Shown: piece after piece, positions 9,483-17,572 of the stretch
Numbering within the stretch: the stretch's first letter is position 1
Layout: each line of letters opens with the position of its first letter
Source of the DNA: a virus
Lineage: Duplodnaviria; Caudoviricetes
Virus record (IMG/VR): IMGVR_UViG_3300033067_000349
Span: 1 to 29,542 of that record
Strand: one strand, 5' to 3'
Length of the DNA stretch: 29,542 bases
The notes under the pieces: model-generated
Told to the model about the DNA's origin: nothing
Databases searched by the model: none
The model's input: only the letters and a program-made list of their open reading frames with translations
Program-made: the position numbers and the translations under genes

Positions 9483-10403
9483 ATGTCTAAAAAATTAAGA
9501 TTTGATTTGGATGTGGATGCTTCAGCTTTATTGGCAGCCAATCCGGAGGCGTTCTACTCAAAAGCATATTTGTCTGAAGAGAACATCGCTGAAAACTACC
9601 GCTTACTTCCAGGTGTGAAGAGCAAAACCAAATTAGCAACTGTCCTCTTCGGGAACGTATTGCAATCATCATCTTGTCCTTTTGACGCTCCAACTGATGA
9701 CTTAAATGCAGTTGAGATTGATGTTTGTGCGCTTTCTGCAATGGCACAAATTTGTCAGTTTGACCTTGAGCAATCATTCGTTGCTTTACAAATGACTAAA
9801 GGTTCAAACGGTGACTTCAGTGTTGCTTCATTCATGGATTTCTATTGGAATGAAATGGCTAAACAAATCGGTCAAGATATCGAATTGATTCGTTGGCAAG
9901 GTGACACAACAAGTGAGAATGCTACTTTGGCTCTTTGTGATGGTTACATCAAGAACCTTTTAGCTGATGCCACTGTTGTTGATGTTGCAAACACAACTGT
10001 AACTGCTTCAAATGTTTTGGCTGAATTAGCTAAAATTTTCGCAGCAGCACCTGCATCAATCATCCGCAAAAAAGCTGACCTTCGTTTATATGTTTCTACA
10101 AACGTAGCAAACGCATACGAATTGGCTGCTGCTCAAGGTAACACATTAACATATGTGACAACTCCATTGGCGTTGACTTATCTTGGTGTTAAGGTTGTTG
10201 TTTGTGAAGGTATGCCGAATGACACTGCAGTGTTGACTTTGAAAGATAACCTACTTTACGCATTCGATGCTGAAGGTGATGACAAAGCACTTCGCGCAGT
10301 TAACCTTTCTGACACTGTTGCTGAACCATACATCCGAACACGTGCGAACATGAAAGTTGGTTTCGTTCACGTTAACGGTGCTGAAATCGTTCTTTACTCA
10401 TAG
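9483..10403 (+). CDS. Major capsid protein
   Basis: 306 aa, follows the scaffold, ends at a strong terminator, A-rich initiation region, 'WQGDT...CDGYIK' pattern, codons visibly biased to T/A endings as expected for a highly expressed gene. Confidence 0.85.
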   Translation: MSKKLRFDLDVDASALLAANPEAFYSKAYLSEENIAENYRLLPGVKSKTKLATVLFGNVLQSSSCPFDAPTDDLNAVEIDVCALSAMAQICQFDLEQSFVALQMTKGSNGDFSVASFMDFYWNEMAKQIGQDIELIRWQGDTTSENATLALCDGYIKNLLADATVVDVANTTVTASNVLAELAKIFAAAPASIIRKKADLRLYVSTNVANAYELAAAQGNTLTYVTTPLALTYLGVKVVVCEGMPNDTAVLTLKDNLLYAFDAEGDDKALRAVNLSDTVAEPYIRTRANMKVGFVHVNGAEIVLYS

Positions 10404-10410
10404 TATCTCC

Positions 10411-10440
10411 GAGGGGATGAAATACTCCCCTCTTTTTTTT
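10411..10440 (+). terminator. Intrinsic terminator after capsid gene
   Basis: GAGGGGA-loop-TCCCCTC followed by T8. Confidence 0.9.
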
Positions 10441-10460
10441 AACTGATTAAAATATTCAAA

Positions 10461-10979
10461 ATGGCTTGTGAAGCATTAGAAACAATCGTCAAATCGTGCG
10501 ACAACAATAGTGGTGGCATCGAGAAAATTTGGATTAATCAGCAAGATAACATTGACACTTTCACACTTGATGCAACCAATACTTGGACTATCGATGCAAT
10601 CACATTGAATGTGGGTGCGCCTGATTACACTGCTTTTGAAATTCGCAGAAACACAGGTTCATACACTGAAGATGCAGCCATCGACCTTGTGAACGGTTCA
10701 TCTTATGTGACTGCAACGATCAACTTATTGTTCCACCGAAGAGACCAGGACAAATCTCAAGCGATTAAAATCCTTGGTGCAGGTCAACAATATTTGAACG
10801 CAATTGTTAAGGACATGAATGGAAAGTATTGGTACTTCCCATTCCTTCAATTGAGTGCAGTTGGTGAAGGTTCAGGCACAACTCGTGCAGATGGCTCAAA
10901 ATATTCCGTTACACTCCTCGGAGAAATGGACACCCTCGCATATGAGATTGAGGAAGCCGCAGTTCTTGCAGTAATCTAA
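10461..10979 (+). CDS. Major tail tube-like protein
   Basis: 172 aa, 'C...SGGI..I' N-terminus, 'IVKDMNGKYW', 'GTTRADGSKYSVTL'; followed by a terminator. Confidence 0.65.
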   Translation: MACEALETIVKSCDNNSGGIEKIWINQQDNIDTFTLDATNTWTIDAITLNVGAPDYTAFEIRRNTGSYTEDAAIDLVNGSSYVTATINLLFHRRDQDKSQAIKILGAGQQYLNAIVKDMNGKYWYFPFLQLSAVGEGSGTTRADGSKYSVTLLGEMDTLAYEIEEAAVLAVI

Positions 10980-11005
10980 ACAACTTTTCCTGTTCATAGT
11001 TGTGG

Positions 11006-11032
11006 AAGCCATCCTTCGGGGTGGCTTTTTTT
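11006..11032 (+). terminator. Intrinsic terminator with cUUCGg loop
   Basis: AAGCCATCC-TTCG-GGGTGGCTT then T-run. Confidence 0.9.
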
Positions 11033-11035
11033 GTG

Positions 11036-11062
11036 AACAAATTTTGACCTATTTGCAACATA
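11036..11062 (+). promoter_or_regulatory. Putative phage late promoter, copy 3
   Basis: AACAAAT at 11036 and TTGCAACATA at 11053-11062; ATG at 11068; sits immediately after a terminator. Confidence 0.7.
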
Positions 11063-11067
11063 TACAA

Positions 11068-11409
11068 ATGATATACATCAACAAAGGTGAGGTTAACAGT
11101 ATTGTTCTGACTTTGTCGGAGGTCTCAACACTTCCTTCACCATATTATTTGTTCGTTTTTCAGAACGAAATGAATCCAACATCTGACCCAATCTTGTTCA
11201 CCAATCCTGATGAGTCACCATATCCGGAACGATTCAATCTTTTTTATTTGGATGAACCTGTCGATGTGGAACTCATGAAAGGACAATACTCATATTCGGT
11301 GTATGAATCCACAATACCACCAACATCAATCGATGATACCACTGGAGTGGTCATCGAGGAGGGTCGAATGGTTGTCAGTGGCGCACCTACTTCATCAATA
11401 TACGATTAA
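11068..11409 (+). CDS. Hypothetical structural protein (113 aa, beta-rich)
   Basis: ATG 11068 (MIYINKGEV...); the upstream extension to 11002 runs through the terminator. Confidence 0.7.
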   Translation: MIYINKGEVNSIVLTLSEVSTLPSPYYLFVFQNEMNPTSDPILFTNPDESPYPERFNLFYLDEPVDVELMKGQYSYSVYESTIPPTSIDDTTGVVIEEGRMVVSGAPTSSIYD

Positions 11410-11412
11410 TAC

Positions 11413-12750
11413 ATGGCTTGGTACGATATATTCAGAGCAAAAAAAGATTCACAGGTCGAGATGATTACGACCAATTATGATGCGTTCAGCACACCATTCC
11501 TAAAGGTAGGTGGTGCGAACTTGTCATTGCCTTATGTCAATGGGAGATACACCACTTCGAATTGGATTCCATTCGGTCAGGACAATATGTATCCGCAATT
11601 GCTCAATCAAATGGTGTTCAGCAGTCCACTACATGGTGCGATTGTTGACTACAAAACAAATGCAGTCATCGGTGGTGGGTTTGACCTCAAGACATCCAAC
11701 ACAACTCCAAAAGAATTGCTCGATTTGTACACCTTTGAGAAAAAAATCAAACTCAAAAAGACTGCTCGAATCACAACCGAACAGTTGATTGTTCACAATC
11801 GTGTGTACTTCATATTGCATTTTGATGAGAAGATGAAACTCACAAGAGCAGAGAACATCTCACCTGACAAAGTACGCAAAGGCAGACACAAAGGATTGTA
11901 CTTTTTGTGTGAAGATTGGTCGAGCAGAATCGATGTCAGAGAAATCAAGAGACATCACCCAACTTGCATGGATCGTGAACAGTTATTTGTTTATGAGGTT
12001 GAGTGTCTTGGACAAGATTGGTATCCACTACCAAAATATTCGAGCGCATTGAACTTTGCGTTTCTCTCGGGCGAGTTGTCGTACTTCGCAAAGTCCAACA
12101 TTCAGAACTCAATCTTCCCATCGTTTGCAATCATGTTCCCGAAACGACCGCAATCAGAGGAGGAAAAAAATGTACTGCGCCAAACCATCGACAAACTCAA
12201 GGGAGCGCACAACGCAGGGAAAACTGCGGCATTCTTTGCGAACTCACAAGAGCAGTTACCGAAGATTGAGAGTCTTCCAACCAACTCGAATGACAAACTC
12301 TTCCAGGAAGCAAGTGGATTGAACACCGAGCAGATTTGTTTCGCTCACACAATCGACCCAATATTGATGGGAGTCAGAACAACGGGTTCACTCGGTTCAG
12401 GTTCAGACATCAAACAAGCATATGTCATCTTCGAAAAGAATGTTGTCATGCCATTGAGAGAGCAAGTGCAGGATATCTTCAACGAGATACTTCACATCGC
12501 TAAATTGAATGCAGAGTTCAGCATCAACAACTTCCAAATCATCAATGAGACCATCGTTGAAATCGAGGGAGATGCTTCCAAGACATCTGATGCACTCAAT
12601 GCAATGAGTCCATTGGTAGCTACCAAGGTACTGGAGCAGATGACAGTCAATGAAGTCAGAGCATTGGCATCACTTCCACCGATTGAAGGTGGTGATGTCA
12701 CACAAGCACAAGCCGCAGCAGCAGCACAACCTCAAATACCTCAAGCATAA
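11413..12750 (+). CDS. Portal protein
   Basis: 445 aa; 'FGQDNMYPQ.L...SPLHGAIV..K..AVIG.G', 'KLKGAHNAGK', 'ICFAH...P.LMGV', C-terminal 'MTVNEVRAL..LPPIEGGD'. Confidence 0.85.
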   Translation: MAWYDIFRAKKDSQVEMITTNYDAFSTPFLKVGGANLSLPYVNGRYTTSNWIPFGQDNMYPQLLNQMVFSSPLHGAIVDYKTNAVIGGGFDLKTSNTTPKELLDLYTFEKKIKLKKTARITTEQLIVHNRVYFILHFDEKMKLTRAENISPDKVRKGRHKGLYFLCEDWSSRIDVREIKRHHPTCMDREQLFVYEVECLGQDWYPLPKYSSALNFAFLSGELSYFAKSNIQNSIFPSFAIMFPKRPQSEEEKNVLRQTIDKLKGAHNAGKTAAFFANSQEQLPKIESLPTNSNDKLFQEASGLNTEQICFAHTIDPILMGVRTTGSLGSGSDIKQAYVIFEKNVVMPLREQVQDIFNEILHIAKLNAEFSINNFQIINETIVEIEGDASKTSDALNAMSPLVATKVLEQMTVNEVRALASLPPIEGGDVTQAQAAAAAQPQIPQA

Positions 12751-13316
12751 TGTTGTATTTCATCACCGAAAACTACCTCAAGACCAACACACCAATCACT
12801 GCCAATGTGGATGTGACTGATGTATTCCCATATGTAGCAACTCAAGCACAACTCCGAGTGATGCCAATCCTTGGCACTACTTTTTACAATCATTTGCTGA
12901 CTGCATACAACGATCAAACGCTCACACCTGAAGAGGAGAAACTCGTCTCATTCATTCAACCTGTGATTGCATGGAGGTCAGCAGAGGATGCAGTATTTGG
13001 GTTGACATACCAACTCAAGAACAAAGGACTTCAGCAGCAGAGTGGTGACTTCTCACAACCAGTGAGTCGCTCCGAGGTTGCGTTTGGCATGGAACACTAT
13101 GCGCAGAAAGCATCGTTTTTTGAGATGCGATTGATTCGCTACCTAATTAAAAACAAATCAGAGTATCCAATCTTCACGAGCCATGAGAATCGTGACACTG
13201 ACCTTCGACCACAAGTCGAGTGCAATATGTGTCAAGGTGATTGCTTCTATGATGGCAAATGGCAGTGCGGATATCCACGAGACAATGGCTACAATAACTC
13301 AATATTAGTCATCTGA
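12750..13316 (+). CDS. Putative head-tail adaptor
   Basis: 188 aa, TAATG-coupled to portal, helical with 'AQLRVMPILGTTFYN.L'; Cys-rich C-terminal tail. Confidence 0.55.
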   Translation: MLYFITENYLKTNTPITANVDVTDVFPYVATQAQLRVMPILGTTFYNHLLTAYNDQTLTPEEEKLVSFIQPVIAWRSAEDAVFGLTYQLKNKGLQQQSGDFSQPVSRSEVAFGMEHYAQKASFFEMRLIRYLIKNKSEYPIFTSHENRDTDLRPQVECNMCQGDCFYDGKWQCGYPRDNGYNNSILVI

Positions 13317-13741
13317 TGAAACACACAATCCTCGCAATATTCGCATCCTTGTTCACAATACTTTCACCTGTGCAGCCCATGGTATTGGTTGCCATCCTCG
13401 CAATATTTATTGACACCATCTTCGGAGTTTGGCGCAGCGTCAAGCAAGGTGGTTGGAAATCATTCAAGTCAAGACGATTGAGTGACACCATTGGCAAATC
13501 ATTGCTTTATTCAGGTGGCATTGTGTTCGCTTTCTTGATTGAGAAATTCATTGCAGGTGATATCATTGCTCACTTCATTTCGGTTGAGTTAATCATGACC
13601 AAGTTTGTTGCGTTCTTTTGCGTAGTGGTTGAGGTCAAGAGCATCAATGAATCGTATGAAAGTGTGACAGGCAAGAACATCCTTGCAGCGATGCGCAGAT
13701 TTGTGACTCGTTCCAAGAGTGAACTTGACAATTGGAAGTAA
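13316..13741 (+). CDS. Holin (phage holin family 4-like)
   Basis: Several hydrophobic segments; 'IDTIFGVW..S', 'KS.RL..TI.K', 'E..SI.E' motifs; upstream of lysis enzyme. Confidence 0.85.
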   Translation: MKHTILAIFASLFTILSPVQPMVLVAILAIFIDTIFGVWRSVKQGGWKSFKSRRLSDTIGKSLLYSGGIVFAFLIEKFIAGDIIAHFISVELIMTKFVAFFCVVVEVKSINESYESVTGKNILAAMRRFVTRSKSELDNWK

Positions 13742-13983
13742 CTGTACCTCCATGCCTCTCAACGATGCACACTGGGGAGAGTTCAATGGACAGTGCAGCT
13801 GACTGATTCCATTTAGCTATGTAAGGAGGGTGATGCGCTTACATATACCACCAAGCTGAAGTCGGGTGGAATTTAAAAAGCACTCGCAGTGATGTGATTG
13901 AGTGAGCAACTCGATGAAACTGCACCCCCGATGATAATGTTGTCGGGGGATATTTACTTAATTAAGGAGAAAAACACTTAATT
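13741..13983 (+). ncRNA. Candidate structured RNA between holin and endolysin
   Basis: About 240 nt with no ORF of 60 aa or more on the + strand and at least eight complementary segment pairs; several G-U pairs favour the + strand; no known family recognised. Confidence 0.55.
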
Positions 13984-13984
13984 T

Positions 13985-14563
13985 ATGGTCAGAAACTACA
14001 CCGACAAACAACTTCTCGACAGGGTCAAATCACTTCGCAACTTCCGAAGCATTCCTTCAGACCATTGGATTCTTGGTGTACGATCAAACGAGGATACTGC
14101 CAATCGATTCGATGACAAGTTCTATCTCTTCAAAGGTGAGCAGTTCATTGCAGTCGCATCAGGAACCACCAATCCAGGTACACCGACACTCAAACAATTC
14201 GATAAGATAAACAAAGCAGGTGCAGCAGTAGTCAAAGCAGACTCATGGTATTATAATTTATGGAAGTTTGGCAAACACAATGGCAAGGTCGATGCACTGC
14301 TTCAGCTTGGCGCATCCATCACTGTCAATCGTGACACCGATAAGGATGACAAGAGCGAGGAGATTGGTCAAGTTCAATCAGGATACTTCGGCATCAACTT
14401 CCATCCTAACACATACGATATCACTGCCGACAATACAGGTGCAACCATTGGATGGTGGTCAGCAGGTTGCCAGGTAGTCAATGACATGGATAAGTATCGC
14501 ACATTTATCAGAGCAACCAAGCCACAAAAGTCAGTGACATACTGCCTCATCAACGAATTTTAA
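13985..14563 (+). CDS. Putative endolysin with L,D-transpeptidase (YkuD)-like catalytic motif
   Basis: 'GINFH-x16-SAGCQV' resembles the His...S-x-G-C motif of L,D-transpeptidases; lies between holin and spanin. Confidence 0.65.
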   Translation: MVRNYTDKQLLDRVKSLRNFRSIPSDHWILGVRSNEDTANRFDDKFYLFKGEQFIAVASGTTNPGTPTLKQFDKINKAGAAVVKADSWYYNLWKFGKHNGKVDALLQLGASITVNRDTDKDDKSEEIGQVQSGYFGINFHPNTYDITADNTGATIGWWSAGCQVVNDMDKYRTFIRATKPQKSVTYCLINEF

Positions 14564-14580
14564 ACATATAACCTGACAAA

Positions 14581-15003
14581 ATGAAAAAGATTTCAGGGTT
14601 CATCCTTATAATTTTACTCGCATCATGCTCATTGAACTATCATTTAGGTAAGGCAATCAAGAAAGGATATCGATGTGATGAGGTAGCCGATACGATTCGC
14701 ATCACAACTGTTGATTCATTTCCTGTCATTACAGACAATCAAATTGTATATGAAAGGTATTTCACCACCAAGGATACAATCGTTCAATATAAGACATCTT
14801 ATGTGCCAAAAACAAGGTACCAAACACGGATTGAATACAAACTGAAACGAGATACACTTCGATTGACTGAAAAAGTTGAGGTCATCAAATACAAAAAAGA
14901 CAAAAAGGACAACAAACAACCTAACCTTTGGTTGTTCATCATCGGATTTGGAGCAGGATTTCTAACGAAATGGTTGCTCAAGTTCTCTAAATACACACTA
15001 TGA
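14581..15003 (+). CDS. Putative unimolecular spanin (lipoprotein with C-terminal TM helix)
   Basis: Signal peptide II 'MKKISGFILIILLASC' and C-terminal 'LWLFIIGFGAGFLTKWLL'; follows endolysin. Confidence 0.7.
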   Translation: MKKISGFILIILLASCSLNYHLGKAIKKGYRCDEVADTIRITTVDSFPVITDNQIVYERYFTTKDTIVQYKTSYVPKTRYQTRIEYKLKRDTLRLTEKVEVIKYKKDKKDNKQPNLWLFIIGFGAGFLTKWLLKFSKYTL

Positions 15004-15878
15004 TTGTAAAAAAACACGCAAAAAACATCCACGAGATTCAGATGGATGGCAAACAGATCAAGATTGCAATGCTTTCTGACATCCATTGGGACAATCCCAA
15101 ATGCGATTGGAAACTTCTCAAGAGAGACCTTGACTATTGCAAAGAGAACAACATCCCCATCATGGTCAATGGTGACTTTTTCTGCCTCATGCAAGGAAGA
15201 GGTGACCGCAGAGGGAACAAGTCTGACATCAGACCTGAACACAACAATGCCAAGTACCTGGACTCAATCGTTGAAACCGCAGTCGAATGGTGGTCACCAT
15301 ATGCACACCTCCTCACTGTCATCGGTTATGGCAACCACGAGACCGCAATCATCAAGTATCAAGAGACTGACATCCTTCAGAGGTTTGTTGACTTGCTCAA
15401 CTACAAGAATAACACACAAGTGTATGCAGGTGGATATGGTGGATGGATTGTGGTTCGTCAAACATTCGAGACAAATGTTTCATCGTCTTTCAAAATAAAG
15501 TATTTCCATGGTTCAGGTGGTGGTGGTGTAGTCACAAAGGGTGCATTGAATCTCACACGAGCATTGGAGATGTATGAAGATTTCGATGTGTTCACGATGG
15601 GTCACATCCATGAGAACGCTGCTCGAAACGATGTGAGAGATACCATTACTTCCAATCCAAAACTTGGATACCGCCACGATCACAAGCAGATTCATATGAT
15701 GCTCACAGGTACCTACAAAGAGGAGTACGGTGATGGCTCAAAAGGATGGCACGTTGAACGAGGTGCGCCTGTCAAACCCACTGGAGGTCGCATTCTCATC
15801 TTCGAATCGGAACGACTTGAGCGAGATGGTGTAAAAAAAATGTACAAGAACATCGATAGTATGAAATTTCCTTTGTAA
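15000..15878 (+). CDS. Calcineurin-like metallophosphoesterase
   Basis: Motifs SDIH, NGD, GNHE, FHG and GHIH in the expected order. Confidence 0.85.
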   Translation: MIVKKHAKNIHEIQMDGKQIKIAMLSDIHWDNPKCDWKLLKRDLDYCKENNIPIMVNGDFFCLMQGRGDRRGNKSDIRPEHNNAKYLDSIVETAVEWWSPYAHLLTVIGYGNHETAIIKYQETDILQRFVDLLNYKNNTQVYAGGYGGWIVVRQTFETNVSSSFKIKYFHGSGGGGVVTKGALNLTRALEMYEDFDVFTMGHIHENAARNDVRDTITSNPKLGYRHDHKQIHMMLTGTYKEEYGDGSKGWHVERGAPVKPTGGRILIFESERLERDGVKKMYKNIDSMKFPL

Positions 15879-15901
15879 ATTCGAGAGTTCGTAATTGTTT
15901 T

Positions 15902-15925
15902 AGGGGGTGGCAACACCCCTTTTTT
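15902..15925 (+). terminator. Intrinsic terminator ending the late/lysis region
   Basis: GGGGTG-GCAA-CACCCC followed by T6. Confidence 0.9.
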
Positions 15926-15967
15926 ATGTCTTATTTTGTTGATAAGTAAAAAAAATGTGAAAAAAGT

Positions 15968-15998
15968 TTTGCAGATATGAAATTTATCTATATCTTCG
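15968..15998 (+). promoter_or_regulatory. Early promoter of Bacteroidota housekeeping-sigma type
   Basis: TTTG (15968)-N19-TATCTTCG (15991), one mismatch to TAnnTTTG; A-tracts upstream; ATG at 16025. Confidence 0.75.
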
Positions 15999-16024
15999 CA
16001 GTATAAACATCAAAACAAAACGAC

Positions 16025-16213
16025 ATGACAGTAGAAAAAATCATCACAATTCTTGAGGCAGAGCAACAGGATTTGTGGAACGCATTGAAAAATGCAGAGA
16101 CAGTGTTCGGAGTTGAACATGAAGCGACCAAGATGGCAAGAGCAAGATGGGTCACAATGGTAGATGCAATCAATTTAATCACACAAGAAAACAAAAACAA
16201 TGGTAAACTTTAA
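16025..16213 (+). CDS. Small early hypothetical protein
   Basis: 62-aa ORF after the early promoter with an A-rich leader. Confidence 0.7.
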   Translation: MTVEKIITILEAEQQDLWNALKNAETVFGVEHEATKMARARWVTMVDAINLITQENKNNGKL

Positions 16214-16448
16214 AGAAATCAGAGCCGAGTGGAAAGAACTCGAGGAGGAGGACAAGAATGTGTTTAGACACTTTGTAATCTTTTTTATTCCTATCGCATC
16301 AATCATCATTTGGTTATGCGCAACAAACACACCTCCAATGTTGGATGTTCAGGTTGACAATACTCAACTACCAAAACAAACATACGAACTCAAAGGTGAT
16401 TGGTCTAAATACGCACAACGAGCATACAACGATAAATATGGCAAATAA
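16200..16448 (+). CDS. Small membrane protein
   Basis: 82 aa, one TM segment 'FVIFFIPIASIIIWLCA'. Confidence 0.7.
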   Translation: MVNFKEIRAEWKELEEEDKNVFRHFVIFFIPIASIIIWLCATNTPPMLDVQVDNTQLPKQTYELKGDWSKYAQRAYNDKYGK

Positions 16449-16749
16449 ATTTTACTTCGAGCAAGGCGATAGCAGCAGCTATCAGCGATTAATGGATGTC
16501 AATATCTTCAGAACATGGGATGATGAGCATATTGGCATGGTTGAGTTACTTTACGATTACGACAAAATAAATGAAAGAGATGAATTTAAAATTGAATTTA
16601 CACGATGGAGTGAACGAATCACCATCGATGAAGCAGAGCAAGCGATGGATGAACTTCTCAAAGCAGCAAGAGATGGAGAGTTCCATGAGTTCGCAGAACA
16701 ATGCGGAAACTATGAACACTTTGATGACGAGGAGTCTTGGTTTGTTTAA
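16438..16749 (+). CDS. Acidic hypothetical protein (103 aa)
   Basis: ATG 16438 (MANKFYF...) overlaps the previous stop; D/E-rich. Confidence 0.7.
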   Translation: MANKFYFEQGDSSSYQRLMDVNIFRTWDDEHIGMVELLYDYDKINERDEFKIEFTRWSERITIDEAEQAMDELLKAARDGEFHEFAEQCGNYEHFDDEESWFV

Positions 16750-16834
16750 GGACTACCAAGTTGATAGGTTTTGGACAAACTTCAACCACGATCTTTACAA
16801 GCGAATTTGTGAAATAAAAATAAATACGATATGA
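16724..16834 (+). CDS. Possible small hypothetical protein (start uncertain, 16712 or 16724)
   Basis: 3' part of ORF 16571..16834 fills the gap and ends in an ATGA overlap with the next gene. Confidence 0.45.
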   Translation: MTRSLGLFKDYQVDRFWTNFNHDLYKRICEIKINTI

Positions 16835-16977
16835 GATTCAAACTAACATACCACATCGGCACCAAGGTAGTGCAAGAGTGGATATTCACATCAAAGAGTC
16901 TTTGCTATTGGAAAAAGATGGACTTGATTGAGACAGGAATATTCAACGATGGCAAATTTAAAATAGAAACAGTATGA
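16831..16977 (+). CDS. 48-aa hypothetical protein (absent from ORF track)
   Basis: MRFKLTYHIGTKVVQEWIF...KIETV; ATGA overlaps at both ends. Confidence 0.75.
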   Translation: MRFKLTYHIGTKVVQEWIFTSKSLCYWKKMDLIETGIFNDGKFKIETV

Positions 16978-17375
16978 CAAAGAGCGAGAAAATAGCTACC
17001 ATTGAGTTCATCATTGATCGTGACAACTTGAAAAGCAAATGCAAAGACCAACCACTTGTATATCGAAGGGCATACCTGATGACACTGCTTCGGGAGATTG
17101 GGTTGACATACCAAGAGATTGGTCGATTGATGAACCGAAACCATGCCACAGTAATCTATGCCACCCGACTACATGATTGGATGGTGTCATCAAGGGACAA
17201 GATATACCTGGCAGCCATTGATGACTATGTGAACGAATTGAATGGCAGTGTTCAGCAGATTAAAAAGCAGAGAGATATTCAAAAAGACATCATGAAAGTG
17301 AAGACATTCTCCCAAATCAAGACGATTCAAATGAGAATCAAAAAGGGTGAATATGGAAACAACGTGACAATATGA
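16974..17375 (+). CDS. DnaA domain IV-like helix-turn-helix DNA-binding protein
   Basis: 'R...M.LLRE.GLTYQEIGRLMNRNHATVIYA' matches the DnaA C-terminal signature (IG..F.RDHTTV.HA). Confidence 0.75.
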   Translation: MTKSEKIATIEFIIDRDNLKSKCKDQPLVYRRAYLMTLLREIGLTYQEIGRLMNRNHATVIYATRLHDWMVSSRDKIYLAAIDDYVNELNGSVQQIKKQRDIQKDIMKVKTFSQIKTIQMRIKKGEYGNNVTI

Positions 17376-17561
17376 CGATTCTCTTATTATACCCCCTCTG
17401 AAATAATACCCTTAATGAAATATTTTTTTTCGCAAAATTTATCGTCACATCGTCACGCTTTTGCTGAAAGTCAATACAGGTAAAGGATACAGGCGTGACG
17501 GTAATTTTTAATAGCGTCACGAATCGTCACGAAAACCCTTATTTTTGTATATTAGCGTCAC
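17363..17561. repeat. CGTCAC/GTGACG repeat array, putative replication origin or operator cluster
   Basis: CGTCAC at 17443, 17451, 17515, 17525, 17556; GTGACG at 17495; partial inverted copies at 17363 and 17373; AT-rich spacers. Confidence 0.75.
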
Positions 17562-17572
17562 AAAAAACAACT

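Noticed and set aside
13752-13802. 16-codon ORF MPLNDAHWGEFNGQCS
   Set aside because: Too short, start buried in a stem, no supporting evidence
13793-13925. Hammerhead ribozyme, suggested by CTGACTGA and GATGAAAC
   Set aside because: Core is not CUGANGA, GAAA does not follow the next stem, and there is no NUH site at the required place
13904-13925. SAM-I riboswitch, suggested by CGATGAAAC
   Set aside because: The other SAM-I elements (AUC..GAG, GCAACC, closing GAU helix) are missing
17363-17561. CRISPR mini-array
   Set aside because: Repeats are 6-8 bp, in both orientations and irregularly spaced
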